Positions 27,795-37,178 of a stretch of 64,000 nt of DNA are shown in pieces; positions within the stretch are counted from its first letter, which is position 1, and the number at the start of each line of letters is the position of its first letter. A program made the position numbers and the translations under genes. This stretch comes from an uncultured Verrucomicrobiae bacterium. Its GTDB lineage: Bacteria; Verrucomicrobiota; Verrucomicrobiia; Limisphaerales; Palsa-1400. The notes under the pieces are model-generated. The model did not search any database and was not told where the DNA came from. It saw nothing but the letters and a program-made list of their open reading frames with translations. The DNA is taken from contig CAVXRD010000002.1 of the NCBI GenBank assembly GCA_963764165.1, positions 256,001 through 320,000 of the forward strand, in the 5' to 3' direction.

Positions 27795-28324
27795 CCCGCC
27801 AGATGAATCCCGTCTCACACCGAGAAACGTTTCATCGGCCCAATCCGCATTGCAGGTATCTTCCGGGAGCCGCTGGAAATTCCGGGCAATTCCATTTTGA
27901 TCATCAGCCCGAAGCAGCCGTTGAGATTTCGGCGTCAAATATGTGATTATATTTGGGCCGACCCGTTTTCTGGGACAAATCGCCGGTGGTTTACGGTTTG
28001 GCCCATTCTGTGAAATGCTCCTTTAGTCGCTGGACAGTGTGCCGCCATTTGGGTGTAGTGGGTTGCAAGCGGTATTTTGATTTCCGAACAATCCGAGTTC
28101 TAAAATGCGTTGGCGCCAGCAACGGTTTGGATCCATTTTACCGGTACAAAGCATTCGCCACGGTCAGAATCTTTTATTTGGTCCTCAAAAGGCATGTTGT
28201 GCTCGATCACCATGCAGCGGCGGCTCTTGCAGTTGGGTTTTGCATAATCGGAGGCCGTTAAAATGTAACGGATCTGCACCGGCTCTGTAGCCATTTTTGA
28301 CATATCTCCTATGAGAGTCTCTAT

Positions 28325-28717
28325 GTGTCGCACGAGGGCTGGGGCGAAGCGCTGCCACGCCCTGAAGCAAAACGCGTGGGGCCATTTTGGGTGAATAAGC
28401 CCCGCCTGGAAACGACCCTAAAGAGCGAGTTCACGTTTGGCGACAGGACGGTGCGGGTGCTGATTGAACCGACCGTTGACGCGGCTCTCGCTGACGAGGT
28501 TGTTCCCTTGATAGTCGGAAGGAAGGTCCGGTTCGAAAATGACGCGGTTCGCGGAGAATTTGAGCGTTTGGCCTTGTCCAAGCCTGCGAGTATTGGGAAG
28601 AGCTTCTCCAACAACGGCTATAATTTGCGCTACGAGGAACCCACCATAAAGTGGGTCGCGTTTAGATTTGAGAAAGGCGAAGTCGAAATTATCAGCGTTG
28701 CCTCAGTTTTTAACTAA
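28325..28717 (+). CDS. Hypothetical protein, possibly a 5'-truncated remnant
   Basis: 130-aa ORF with globular composition; weak GTG start; lower-GC surroundings. Confidence 0.4.
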   Translation: MSHEGWGEALPRPEAKRVGPFWVNKPRLETTLKSEFTFGDRTVRVLIEPTVDAALADEVVPLIVGRKVRFENDAVRGEFERLALSKPASIGKSFSNNGYNLRYEEPTIKWVAFRFEKGEVEIISVASVFN

Positions 28718-28775
28718 GCCAAGCCCGCTCTGATAAACGGGCTTTCCAAAACCATTTAACTACCACTCGCGCCGC

Positions 28776-29741
28776 TTAATCAAAAGCGTGTCCCGCGCAG
28801 CAAAGTACGTCGCGAACTTTGTGGCGCACGAGTTCCTTGACCTTCGTGCGGGCCGGGCCGAGATATTTGCGAGGATCGAATTCCTTCGGATTTTCCGCAA
28901 AACACTTGCGGATTGCCGCCGTGACCGCAAGGCGAAGATCCGTGTCGATATTTACTTTCGTGCAACCCACCCGGCGCGCGATCTCGATGTCCTCCTCTGG
29001 CACGCCCGCAGTGTCTTCACCCATTTTGCCGCCGTATTTGTTGATTTCCTGAACGAGATCCTTGGGGACGCTCGAAGCGCCGTGCAGGACGAGCGGATAG
29101 TCGCCCATGCCCGCTTCAAGCAAAGCCTTCTTGATCGCGCGCAAACGATCCAAATCGAGGCGCTGCTGGCCCTTGAATTTGTATGCGCCATGCGAATTGC
29201 CAATGGCCACCGCCAGCGAATCAACGCCCGTAGCCTTGACGAACTGCACCGCTTCCTCGGGATGCGTGTAAACGCCGCCCTTGGAATACCCGCCTCCTTC
29301 CTCCCCGTCATCGTGCTGCGCGCCAACGAGCATGCCCAATTCACCCTCGACCACGCAGTTATGCTTGTGCGCGTAATCGACGACCCGTTTGCAGACCTCG
29401 ACGTTTTTCTCGAAAGGTTCGTGGCTGCCGTCGATCATCACGCTGGTGAACCCCTCGTCGATGCATTCTTTGCAAAGCTCAAACGTGTCGCCATGGTCCA
29501 AATGGACGGCGATCGGAATGTTGGAAGTCCGCACTGCCGCTTCAATGAGCGCTTTCAGGTAAGTGGCGCTGGCGTACTGCCGGGCGCCCTTGGAAATCTG
29601 GAGCATGACAGGGGCTTTTTCCTCCTCGCATGCCTCCACAATGGCCTGGAGAAGTTCCATGTTGTTGACGTTGAAGGCTCCGAGGGCGTATTTGCCTTTG
29701 AGAGCCTTCGCGAACAATTCCGTAGTATGAGTTAATGGCAT
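28776..29741 (-). CDS. fba: Class II fructose-bisphosphate aldolase
   Basis: AFNVNNME, VHLDHG, SVMIDGSH, AVAIGNSHGAYK, LVLHGASS and KVNIDTD motifs. Confidence 0.96.
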   Translation of the reverse strand: MPLTHTTELFAKALKGKYALGAFNVNNMELLQAIVEACEEEKAPVMLQISKGARQYASATYLKALIEAAVRTSNIPIAVHLDHGDTFELCKECIDEGFTSVMIDGSHEPFEKNVEVCKRVVDYAHKHNCVVEGELGMLVGAQHDDGEEGGGYSKGGVYTHPEEAVQFVKATGVDSLAVAIGNSHGAYKFKGQQRLDLDRLRAIKKALLEAGMGDYPLVLHGASSVPKDLVQEINKYGGKMGEDTAGVPEEDIEIARRVGCTKVNIDTDLRLAVTAAIRKCFAENPKEFDPRKYLGPARTKVKELVRHKVRDVLCCAGHAFD

Positions 29742-29895
29742 AAGTTTGTGATGCTGCCGGGAACAGCACGCAGCTGGCCGCGCCCCCGGGGATGGGAATA
29801 CTAGAAAGCACCCCGCCAAAGTGGAAGAAAAAGTTTTTCACAGAAAATGCCAGCCAAGAAAGGGCCGCCTAGCCGAGGCGTTCCCGCCAGCCAAA

Positions 29896-30414
29896 TCAAC
29901 GTTCAAGGCACTTCTCATACCGCGCCACAAAATACGGCCCAACCTCCCTGTCGCTGTGGTGCCGAAATCCATATCTCTCATAAATAGCCCGCAACCGCGT
30001 CCGCGACGCCTCGCAATCCAGCCGAAGAAATGAGCGGCCGAGCCTCCGCGCCCGATCTTCAGCCCAGCGGAGCAGGGCGGTGGAAATTTCGCCACCCGCG
30101 AATTCCCGCCGAACCGCGAGTCGATGAACGTATGCCGCGCCGCCTGCGGGCAAATCCGGCCAGAAAAGCGGATCCTCCAATTGAAATTTTACAACACTCG
30201 CCGCTTTGCCATTGCATTCCGCGAGGTAAAACAGTCCGGCGAGGACATCCACGGCGATGCGCTCCGGCCGCAATTCATCCGCCCGCCACATTCCCATGCC
30301 TCGCTGAATCAGCCACTGAGCCGCTTCATTGAGGACAGCGTCAATCGTTGCGGCATCGCCAGCGTTGCCTTGTCGGATGACGCAGTTCACTCGGCTTCGC
30401 TTGACGCCTGTCAC
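29896..30414 (-). CDS. GNAT family N-acetyltransferase
   Basis: YVHRLAVRR, LRLDC and LRAIYERYGF motifs; GTGA overlap with the OsmC stop (alternative start 30390). Confidence 0.85.
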   Translation of the reverse strand: MTGVKRSRVNCVIRQGNAGDAATIDAVLNEAAQWLIQRGMGMWRADELRPERIAVDVLAGLFYLAECNGKAASVVKFQLEDPLFWPDLPAGGAAYVHRLAVRREFAGGEISTALLRWAEDRARRLGRSFLRLDCEASRTRLRAIYERYGFRHHSDREVGPYFVARYEKCLER

Positions 30415-30881
30415 TCCGCCGGAACCGCTTCCACCACCACCTCCGTTTTCACGGAATTGGCAATGAAGCATTGTTCGTGCGCGAGGTGATGAAGGTGTTC
30501 TTCGTCCTGTGGCGTCGGCAATTTGTCCCCGCTGTAAACCACCTGCGGGCGCAAGGTGACTTTGCTGACCCACTGCGCGCCCTTTTCATTCTTGGTCATG
30601 ATTCCTACCGCCTCGTCCCGGTAACTGTCGACTGTAAATTTCTGCCGCTGCGCAAGGTACACGAAAGTCATCATGTGACAGCTCGAAAGCGAGGCCACGA
30701 ACGCCTCTTCCGGGTCGACGTGGGCGGGATTCGACCATGGCGCTGGCACGACCGAAGGCGAAGGCGAGGCTGGCACCACGAGCCCGCCGTCAAAAGTCCA
30801 GGTATGCTCGCGCGAATACTTCCCGCTTAGAAAATCCGGGGTGGTACGTTTCCAATCGATGATTGCTTTGTGTTCCGACAT
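30411..30881 (-). CDS. OsmC family protein
   Basis: YSREHTWTFDGG, DPEEAFVASLSSCHM and AHEQCFIANSV motifs. Confidence 0.93.
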   Translation of the reverse strand: MSEHKAIIDWKRTTPDFLSGKYSREHTWTFDGGLVVPASPSPSVVPAPWSNPAHVDPEEAFVASLSSCHMMTFVYLAQRQKFTVDSYRDEAVGIMTKNEKGAQWVSKVTLRPQVVYSGDKLPTPQDEEHLHHLAHEQCFIANSVKTEVVVEAVPAE

Positions 30882-30977
30882 AATGTTTGGGTCGCGCAGG
30901 GGAATGTTTTGCCCCAGGCGAATGAATGATTGGTTGCGCTTCCAACAGACGAAAGTCAACGAACAATGCAGTGGGTT

Positions 30978-31022
30978 GTCCCGTACGACTCATTCGTCCC
31001 CTCCGTCCCATAGGTCCCATGG
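30978..31022. repeat. Degenerate 9-nt tandem repeat (GTCCCNNNN x5)
   Basis: gtcccgtac gactcattc gtcccctcc gtcccatag gtcccatgg. Confidence 0.7.
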
Positions 31023-31070
31023 GGCTCCGCTTCGCACTCGCTACGCGCCGGATTTTGCCGATTTTTGCGC

Positions 31071-31098
31071 TTGCCACACTGGGAAAGTGAGGCATAGT
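31071..31098 (+). promoter_or_regulatory. Putative sigma70 promoter of tRNA-Lys
   Basis: TTGCCA-N16-CATAGT about 30 nt upstream of the tRNA. Confidence 0.4.
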
Positions 31099-31129
31099 AA
31101 CCGGCCCGAAGAATCGGGGCAACAGCCGT

Positions 31130-31205
31130 GGGTTGGTAGCTCAGTTGGTAGAGCAGTGCCCTTTTAAGGCATTGGTCCGGGGTTCGAGTCCCCGCCAACC
31201 CACCA
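31130..31205 (+). tRNA. tRNA-Lys (anticodon TTT)
   Basis: Acceptor stem GGGTTGG/CCAACCC, D-arm AGCTCAGTTGGTAGAGC, anticodon loop CTTTTAA, T-loop GTTCGAG, encoded CCA end; 76 nt. Confidence 0.98.
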
Positions 31206-31218
31206 CTTCAAAATCCCG

Positions 31219-33795
31219 CTATGGCCCCGATGTCTTGTAAAACCGAACGGAGTGACCCGTGGCTGTTGAGTCCATATATTGAAACGAGCCGATCGCATCG
31301 GATGTGACGGTTGCGATGGAAGTCCAATTTATCAGGTCGGGAGAGGCGAAGACCTGATAATTCTGATTGGGAACGCCACGGGTAAAGCTGAGCGAAAAAC
31401 CGTTCGCCCCATAGCCCAGAGCATGAACGAGCTCTGTTGGGCTGGAGAGCTTGAAAATAGCGCCGTTTCTCGAGGCGCCACCCTCTTCCACTGCGCCCCA
31501 AAGCGAACCGTCCGGCTCCAAGGCAAGGCCGCCCTGGGGATAAGCGCCATCCTGGTCGGAGAATGCATGCAGGACCGAAAAGCCTGTGCCGTCGGGATTC
31601 AATTGGAAAACCGTCCCGTCGCCGTTGGTGCCCGCGGAATCACAGCTTCCATACAAGGCCCCATTCGCGCCTTGCACCAATTGCGAGGCCGGATAGGCGC
31701 CATCAGAAGCGCTGACGAAATTATGCAAAACAGCGTAGCCGGAGCCATTCGTGTCAATAACAAAAGCGGTGCCGGAGTAATTGGTGCCGCCGTACTGGGT
31801 CGTGCCATAAAGACGGCTGTCCAAGCCCTGCAACAATCCCGCTGCCGGGCTTTCGCCGTCATTTGTCCCGCCATTAAAATTATACAACACCAGAAAATGG
31901 TCACTGTTGGTCGCCAGGCTGAAAATGGTTCCATAGCCATTGGTTCCGCCGTCCTCGGTTGTGCCGTAGAGGATGCCGTAGCGGTCTTGCAGCAAGGACG
32001 CGTAAGGACTTTGGCCATCCAGCCTCCCGCTAAAATTGTGCAGGATGGTTTCAGAACCGTTGGTGCTGATGCTGAATACGGTGCCCGAATAATTGGTTCC
32101 GCCCTCACTGGTCGTTCCGTAGAGCGAGCCATCCACGCCCTGGACCAAGCCCGCTTGGGGGTAGGCTCCGTCGTTGGGGCTGTTGGCGAAATTCCACAAA
32201 ACACTGTAAAAATTTCCGTTCGTGCTGACTTTGAAAATCGTGCCGTAACCGAACTCGCCGCCTTCTTCCGTCGTGCCGTAAAGATACCCATCGGCCGCTT
32301 TCAGCAAGGAACCCAGCGGGTATTGCCCATCGCCCGGGCCATTGCTGAAACTATGCAGGAATTGATAACCGGAACCATCCAGGTTCATGGAGAACACGGC
32401 TCCGCGGCCACCCGCCGCCCCCGAAGTCGTCGTCCCATAAAGAACATTCCCGTAAATGCTAACCGGCGCTTCAGGATCCAGCCCGTCGCCGCCGGTCGGT
32501 GAGACGAATTCGTGCAGGACCGAAAAACCGCTGCCGTCGTAAGCGACTTGGAATGCCGTGCCAAACCCGTTGCTCCCACCCTCATAGGCCGAGCCATAGA
32601 AGATCGTGCCATCAGAGTTGGGGATGAGGGCGGCTCTTGGCGAGAGGCCGTCTGCGCCGGTCAATTGGTGGATGACTATGGGAGTTTCAAGGCTGGTGGA
32701 AATCTTGAACAGAGTCCCCTGACCGCTGGTCCCGCCGCCGGAGGTGGCCCCGTAAAGATAGCCATCCGCGCCGAAACGAAGACCTCCGAACGGCTGGGCG
32801 CCGTAAGTGGCGTCCGCAGTGGGGAAGAAAAATACCTGGTATCCCCCGCCGTTGGTGTTGATTTTAAAGAGAGTGCCGTTGCCGTAGTAGCTGTAATAAC
32901 CGGCACTGGGATCTCCGCCATCCTCGGTCGTGCCGTAAATGTATCCGTCGCTGCCCTGGACCAGGCGTCCATTGGCCACATCCCCGTCGTAGGGTTCATA
33001 TTCAAAAAAGTGCAATTCCTGGACGCTGGATCCATCCCTGGCCATCTTGAAAACAGCCCCATTATATCCGGAATCGTTGCCGTCGCCGTCCGAATACGTT
33101 GTTCCATAGAGAAATCCGTCAGCGCCTTCCAGCAGCCCGGAATACGAGCCAATGCCGGTTTGAACGGTGAAATTGTAGACGACCTGGAAATCGCTTCCAT
33201 CCAGGTTGAGTTTGAACACAGTGCCACCGTAATCATTGGCGCCCCCGGTGGAAGCCGTGCCATAAAGCATGCCGTCCTCCCGCGATTGCAGCAGCCCGCT
33301 TTCCGGCTCCTCCCCGTCGGTGTAGTAAAAGGTGTGGACCAGGCTGAAGCCCGTCCCGTCGGTGTTGATCCTGTAAATGACGCCAATGCTGTTGCTCCCG
33401 CCGCCTTCGGTGGTTCCATAAAGCTTGCCATCGCTGGCTTGCAGCAGCTCCGCCATCGGGTAGGAGCCATCATTGGCGCCGCCCGCGAACGAATGCAGAA
33501 CCTGATAACCGCTGCCATCGGCATTCATCGAAAATATGACCCCAACGCCGTTGCTCCCGCCCGCGAGAGTCACCCCATAAAGCCGTCCGTCGGAGCCGAG
33601 GGTCATCTGCGTTTCCGGCTCCGCTCCGGTGGCCAGCACCGGAAAGCCAAAACTTTTGACAAGTTGAAAATCGGTTTGAGCATGACTGGATTCAACTAGC
33701 CCCGCCCAGCAAGCCGCCCAAATAAAAATCCAAAGGACCGACAGCCGTCCGCCAATCCCACCATTCTTCACCATCAGTTTTTGCACAATATCCAT
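31219..33795 (-). CDS. Secreted beta-propeller-like protein with GloVer-type choice-of-anchor tandem repeats and a C-terminal sorting-type domain
   Basis: Many repeats of DG.LYGTT..GG....G.VF.....G..Y.VLH.F; signal peptide ending SHA; C-terminus YQVFASPDLINW...RFYK. Confidence 0.88.
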   Translation of the reverse strand: MDIVQKLMVKNGGIGGRLSVLWIFIWAACWAGLVESSHAQTDFQLVKSFGFPVLATGAEPETQMTLGSDGRLYGVTLAGGSNGVGVIFSMNADGSGYQVLHSFAGGANDGSYPMAELLQASDGKLYGTTEGGGSNSIGVIYRINTDGTGFSLVHTFYYTDGEEPESGLLQSREDGMLYGTASTGGANDYGGTVFKLNLDGSDFQVVYNFTVQTGIGSYSGLLEGADGFLYGTTYSDGDGNDSGYNGAVFKMARDGSSVQELHFFEYEPYDGDVANGRLVQGSDGYIYGTTEDGGDPSAGYYSYYGNGTLFKINTNGGGYQVFFFPTADATYGAQPFGGLRFGADGYLYGATSGGGTSGQGTLFKISTSLETPIVIHQLTGADGLSPRAALIPNSDGTIFYGSAYEGGSNGFGTAFQVAYDGSGFSVLHEFVSPTGGDGLDPEAPVSIYGNVLYGTTTSGAAGGRGAVFSMNLDGSGYQFLHSFSNGPGDGQYPLGSLLKAADGYLYGTTEEGGEFGYGTIFKVSTNGNFYSVLWNFANSPNDGAYPQAGLVQGVDGSLYGTTSEGGTNYSGTVFSISTNGSETILHNFSGRLDGQSPYASLLQDRYGILYGTTEDGGTNGYGTIFSLATNSDHFLVLYNFNGGTNDGESPAAGLLQGLDSRLYGTTQYGGTNYSGTAFVIDTNGSGYAVLHNFVSASDGAYPASQLVQGANGALYGSCDSAGTNGDGTVFQLNPDGTGFSVLHAFSDQDGAYPQGGLALEPDGSLWGAVEEGGASRNGAIFKLSSPTELVHALGYGANGFSLSFTRGVPNQNYQVFASPDLINWTSIATVTSDAIGSFQYMDSTATGHSVRFYKTSGP

Positions 33796-33944
33796 AATTT
33801 GCTCCGTATGCTAAATGGCCGATCCTTGGGGCGGAGATCGGTCCAATGACTACTGACCCTTCTATTGCGAAAGGTTACAGGAAAAGATGGGAGAAGCCTG
33901 GATGGGACTAAGCATATCATTTGAATGCCTCCCGCAAATCACTC

Positions 33945-35552
33945 TTACGGATCAACCGATTCTTGCTCGACCGTCTCGGCGTCAGGAGGCTCCGGCGTCA
34001 CAGGCTGCAGCCGGTGGCGGAAAATAAGGGCAACCAAAAAGCCTGTCACCGTCCCCGATAAATGCGCTGTCATGCTGACCTCCGGCACCACCGAATCGAA
34101 AACGGTTTGCATCACGATGATCAGCAAAATTGCGATTAAGCGGCGGCGGGCGGTGGCCGCGCGCTCTTGACGCCATCCGCGGAGCATGAGCGCGCCCATC
34201 GCACCGACGAGCCCCATGATGCACCCGGACGCGCCCACCAATACCTGTTCGCTGTTTCTGCCAGCCAGGCACAGGACAATCAGCATCGAGGCTGTTCCCG
34301 CTGTCAAATAGGTGACCAAAAAGCGGCGAGTGCCGAGGGCGAATTCGACAAACGGGCCGAGCAGCCACAAGGTGGCCATGTTCATCGCAAGATGGAGCAA
34401 CCCGAAATGGAGAAATTGCGCGGCTAGCAAGCGCCACCACTCGCCCCCATATACCGCAGGTGGATACATTGCGCCGAGGCGCATCAATGCGTCCGCATTC
34501 GTGCCGCCGCCCAGTGCCAGCTCCGCGCCATACATGGCGATGTTCAGAGCGATGACTAATTGAGTCGCCCGCGCCTTCGCGGAGAAAAGGGAGCGCCGCG
34601 CCCCGAAACTTTCATCGTGGCTGTGATCGCGCGCGACTTCGAGTATGAGTTGTTCCGTCGGTTCGTCGAGCAGCACCGGCGGGTCGGCGAGGTGCGACAA
34701 CCGTCGTTCAACGGAAAGCCGCGTCGGCGGATCGGCGCTCGCCAGCAACGCATCAAATCGGCTTCGCGCAGATTCGGAATTTCCCGCGGCGCTTTCCGCC
34801 GTTGCGATCCAATACGACTTTATGGCCTCGGGCATTGGCGCCAGGCTGTGGGAGAAAAGATACTCGACCAAATGACGGCGGCCGCAAAACGCAAAGAGCA
34901 TCAAGCGGCAAAGATCGCGGGAGGCCGGGGGAATCATTTTTTCAATCGCTCCGCGCTGGATGCGATACAATGCCGCCATGCCGACGACATCACCGCACTC
35001 GCCGTGGGCGCGCAGCATGACCGGGATGAGCGTCTGCATCTGATTCAATCGCCGTGAATCTGCCTGGTGCCACTTTAGCACCTCCTCCCATTGATTCGTG
35101 ATTCGGTAAAGGTGAACCTTGGCCAGCCAGCCAATGGGAGAATCGGACGTTCGCAATTTCTCCAGCATGGCCAACGCGGTCGTGGTGTCACCTTCGTGCG
35201 CCAACTCCAGGGCGTGAATGATGGATGCCTGCTGCCTCCAACCGTCGGCGGGATGAAGCCAGGCGATCCATCGGGCCAGTCGGCGGGCGGCGGAATAGTG
35301 CTGCCGGACCATCTGCTGGTTGTAGACCCGCGCGATGAATCCGGGGATGAGTCCAAAAACAACCCAGGTGGCAAACGTCAAGAAAAGTGGCAAATCGCGA
35401 TGGCTGCTCCATGTCTCCCAACAGCCCAGCACGATGAGAGCGTGCAATGCCGCCCACCCCCTCCCGCCTGACTTCAAATGGCGCAAGCTGCCAACGAGAC
35501 CGCTGGCGGCCGACATGAAAATTATCGCAAGGATGATGACTTTGAAATCCAC
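33945..35552 (-). CDS. Rhomboid intramembrane serine protease with N-terminal TM and helical extension
   Basis: GEWWRL, FLHFGLLHLAMN, VGASG (catalytic Ser) and AHLSG (catalytic His) motifs. Confidence 0.92.
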   Translation of the reverse strand: MDFKVIILAIIFMSAASGLVGSLRHLKSGGRGWAALHALIVLGCWETWSSHRDLPLFLTFATWVVFGLIPGFIARVYNQQMVRQHYSAARRLARWIAWLHPADGWRQQASIIHALELAHEGDTTTALAMLEKLRTSDSPIGWLAKVHLYRITNQWEEVLKWHQADSRRLNQMQTLIPVMLRAHGECGDVVGMAALYRIQRGAIEKMIPPASRDLCRLMLFAFCGRRHLVEYLFSHSLAPMPEAIKSYWIATAESAAGNSESARSRFDALLASADPPTRLSVERRLSHLADPPVLLDEPTEQLILEVARDHSHDESFGARRSLFSAKARATQLVIALNIAMYGAELALGGGTNADALMRLGAMYPPAVYGGEWWRLLAAQFLHFGLLHLAMNMATLWLLGPFVEFALGTRRFLVTYLTAGTASMLIVLCLAGRNSEQVLVGASGCIMGLVGAMGALMLRGWRQERAATARRRLIAILLIIVMQTVFDSVVPEVSMTAHLSGTVTGFLVALIFRHRLQPVTPEPPDAETVEQESVDP

Positions 35553-35574
35553 GAACCGGCTGCTTACTGTCCCA

Positions 35575-35657
35575 AGGTAGGGACGCCTCGCCGAGGCGTC
35601 CGGGGTGAGGCCCTGTTCGCGCGCAAACCCGGACGCCTCGGCGAGGCGTCCCTACCT
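35575..35657. repeat. Intact GTAG-type REP pair (REPIN-like)
   Basis: AGGTAGGGACGCCTCGCCGAGGCGTCCGGG ... CCCGGACGCCTCGGCGAGGCGTCCCTACCT. Confidence 0.9.
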
Positions 35658-35690
35658 ATAAATGATTCGCTTCGCTCATCTGCGTTCATG

Positions 35691-36572
35691 TCAAAATTTC
35701 ATCTCAACGCCCTCGCGCGCTCCGCAAATCACTAAGTTCGAGCCGAGGCGGGCGGCTCGCTTCCGGCACGCGAGAACCTTATGGTCGATCCCGCCGTCAG
35801 TGTCCTCAGGGTCGTGATGAAAAAGAGCCAGGTTTTTGACGCGCGCCCGGATGGCCATGTCGGTCACGGAGAAACAGCACGAATGCCCCCATTTTTTCCG
35901 GGTGGCGTAACCTTCCTCATCGTATTGCGCGTCCATGATCAGCAAATCGGCTCCGCGAACGACCTCCACCAAGTCCTTCGGCATGGCGCGCAGCGCGCCG
36001 GTATCGGCGGTGTCGGGGAAAAGCTCGCCCGGTTGGATTTCCAATTCATTATCCGTCGCGTATACGATTTTGCAGCCGTCCTTGCTCAGCGAGTAGCCGT
36101 AACATCCGCCCGGATGATTCAGCGCGAAAGAGGTGACCGTCACGCCATTGATGTCTTTCTTGCCGCCGTTCAAATGATCGGCGATGACGCTTGAACGAAG
36201 CTCCTGAAATGACACAGGAAAATAGGCCGACGTCATCTGTCCGGAAAGCAATTGATACGGGCTGTCATCCTTGGCCTGCCGCCCGTAGACGCGGATTTTT
36301 ACGTCAGGCCGGTAGGCGGGCGCAAAAAAGGGGAATCCCTGGATATGATCCCAATGATAATGCGTCAACAGCAAATGAAGTTCCTTCGGGGGATTCTTGC
36401 GCGTGAGCAAATCTTTTCCGAGTTCGCGGATGCCCGAGCCCGCGTCGAATATAAAAACGGTGTCATCAAAACGGACTTCCACGCACGACGTATTGCCGCC
36501 ATAGACACGCGTCCAGCTCGAAGGCGTCGGAATCGAGCCGCGGGTTCCCCAGAATTTTACATAAGTTGGCAT
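35691..36572 (-). CDS. MBL-fold metallo-hydrolase (phosphodiesterase-like)
   Basis: FWGTRGSIP, YGGNTSC, THYHWDHIQG, WGHS and LFHHDP motifs. Confidence 0.92.
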   Translation of the reverse strand: MPTYVKFWGTRGSIPTPSSWTRVYGGNTSCVEVRFDDTVFIFDAGSGIRELGKDLLTRKNPPKELHLLLTHYHWDHIQGFPFFAPAYRPDVKIRVYGRQAKDDSPYQLLSGQMTSAYFPVSFQELRSSVIADHLNGGKKDINGVTVTSFALNHPGGCYGYSLSKDGCKIVYATDNELEIQPGELFPDTADTGALRAMPKDLVEVVRGADLLIMDAQYDEEGYATRKKWGHSCCFSVTDMAIRARVKNLALFHHDPEDTDGGIDHKVLACRKRAARLGSNLVICGAREGVEMKF

Positions 36573-36922
36573 CAGCCGGCGTTGTAGATGAAGGCGCTGT
36601 CGGCCAATTGGATAATGTCGCCGTCCCGCAGGACGGCGGAGTGGATGCGGACTCCGTTGAGAAAGACACCGTTATCGCTGTCGTTGTCGTAGAGAGTGCA
36701 GTCGGTGCCGTGAATCTTCAAAATCGCATGCTGGCGCGAAGCTCGCTCAGAGCGGACGCGGACATGCGCGGTGGTGGAGCGCCCAATCACCGACTGGTCC
36801 TTCTCCAAGACAATGACCCGCTGGCCGTCCTTGCCTTCGATTTGTTCGAGGGAATGGCGCTGCCTGTCCCGTTGGCGCCGCAGGACGTGATCGTTGCCGG
36901 CTATGGTTGTGTCAAATTCCAC
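36572..36922 (-). CDS. Stand-alone FHA domain protein
   Basis: IGRS, ASRQHA, NGVFLNG and LRDGDIIQL motifs. Confidence 0.9.
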   Translation of the reverse strand: MEFDTTIAGNDHVLRRQRDRQRHSLEQIEGKDGQRVIVLEKDQSVIGRSTTAHVRVRSERASRQHAILKIHGTDCTLYDNDSDNGVFLNGVRIHSAVLRDGDIIQLADSAFIYNAG

Positions 36923-36997
36923 TCAGCTACCGCGATTTGGACTACTGTTGTGCGATACCGGGCGGTTTGCAAAGCAATTTTTGGCAGCACTTGTCGA

Positions 36998-37092
36998 TAG
37001 GGACGCCTCGCCGAAGCGTCTGGCTGCGCGATTATACCAGCGGCGCACGCATGAAGCATGACGCGCCCCGGACGCCTCGGCGAGGCGTCCCT
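36998..37092. repeat. GTAG-type REP pair
   Basis: TAGGGACGCCTCGCCGAAGCGTCTGG ... CCGGACGCCTCGGCGAGGCGTCCCT. Confidence 0.88.
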
Positions 37093-37178
37093 TGAGCTTC
37101 TATTTGCAAACAAATTCCTGTGACACAAAACGAGTCTGGCCCTAATGTAGCGTAGTTTGATTTAGAAGAAATTGGCAT

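Noticed and set aside
31130..33900. Genomic island integrated at tRNA-Lys
   Set aside because: No integrase, and I did not see a duplicated tRNA 3' end; the adjacent GloVer-repeat gene is typical of the lineage
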